NCBI RefSeq assembly: GCF_964204865.1
Contig: NC_135263.1
Location: 14,756,001 to 14,820,000 of the forward strand
DNA: 64,000 nt
Reading direction: 5' to 3'
DNA from: Styela clava
Taxonomy: Eukaryota
A program made the translations under genes and the position numbers. Shown piece by piece: positions 63,576-64,000 of this stretch. The notes below the pieces were generated by a model. That model was not told the DNA's origin. It searched no databases and worked only from the letters and a program-made list of their open reading frames with translations. Numbering within the stretch: position 1 is the first letter of the stretch; every line of letters starts with the position of its first letter.

Positions 63576-64000
63576 GTTAACAAATTCAGTTTTTTGAGTG
63601 TTGCCATCTGTTAAAATAAGTATCTTTATTAACGTTTTGGAACAGGAACAGACTAGCTGTACAAATACTGACATGTTCAAATGTTGTGACGTCAATCACT
63701 AACACTATTTACAAGATACAAACAATTTATCAATATTATGACAAAATCACAATAATTTAGATTTTTGTACAGAAAAGCTATTAAATATTATAAATAGTAA
63801 TACGGTGATACCTCGTCCTCGGTAGTCGAACAACTTGATATGAGAGTCGAACAAAAATTTTTATTCAAAAATGCTGTGTTACTCGAACGAAAATTTGGTG
63901 CTTGATTACCCGAACTGGCCGTCGAGTGAGATGATGCCACCCGAACCGCACATCTTGACTGCTTCTTGGCCATTCGACAAGAGAGCGATGCTCAAATATA

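Overview
AT-rich, intron-containing animal genomic DNA. It is probably an invertebrate chordate such as an ascidian; this is inferred from vertebrate-like proteins, 0.1-2 kb GT-AG introns and dense MITE/SINE content, and is not proven. Five protein-coding genes were rebuilt by hand with phase-consistent exons: (1) the 3' half of a TBC1D8/9-family Rab-GAP (+, 1-8144); (2) a complete 28-coding-exon NEK1 kinase (+, 14300-39978, 1403 aa); (3) an R7-family RGS6/7 gene with an intron-less CDS (-, 44667-46100); (4) an unrecognised 9-exon, 344-aa gene joining two zinc-finger-like motifs to a C-terminal BESS-like motif (+, 52126-56155), largely missed by the ORF track; (5) the 5' part of a CCDC162/C6orf183 (DUF4549)-like gene (+, 58224 to beyond the window). 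Non-coding DNA holds a pogo-like deletion derivative nested in a foldback MITE upstream of NEK1, a three-level SINE>MITE>hAT nest, two near-identical Helentron/DINE-like elements around a NEK1 exon, Buster-type hAT elements and a tRNA-derived SINE family. A possible spliced 64-aa micro-gene lies between the NEK1 and RGS 3' ends. No wholly new biological system can be proven from sequence alone. The ZnF-BESS gene, the intron-less RGS7 and the micro-gene are the best leads. Homology statements rest on recalled family motifs, not database searches.
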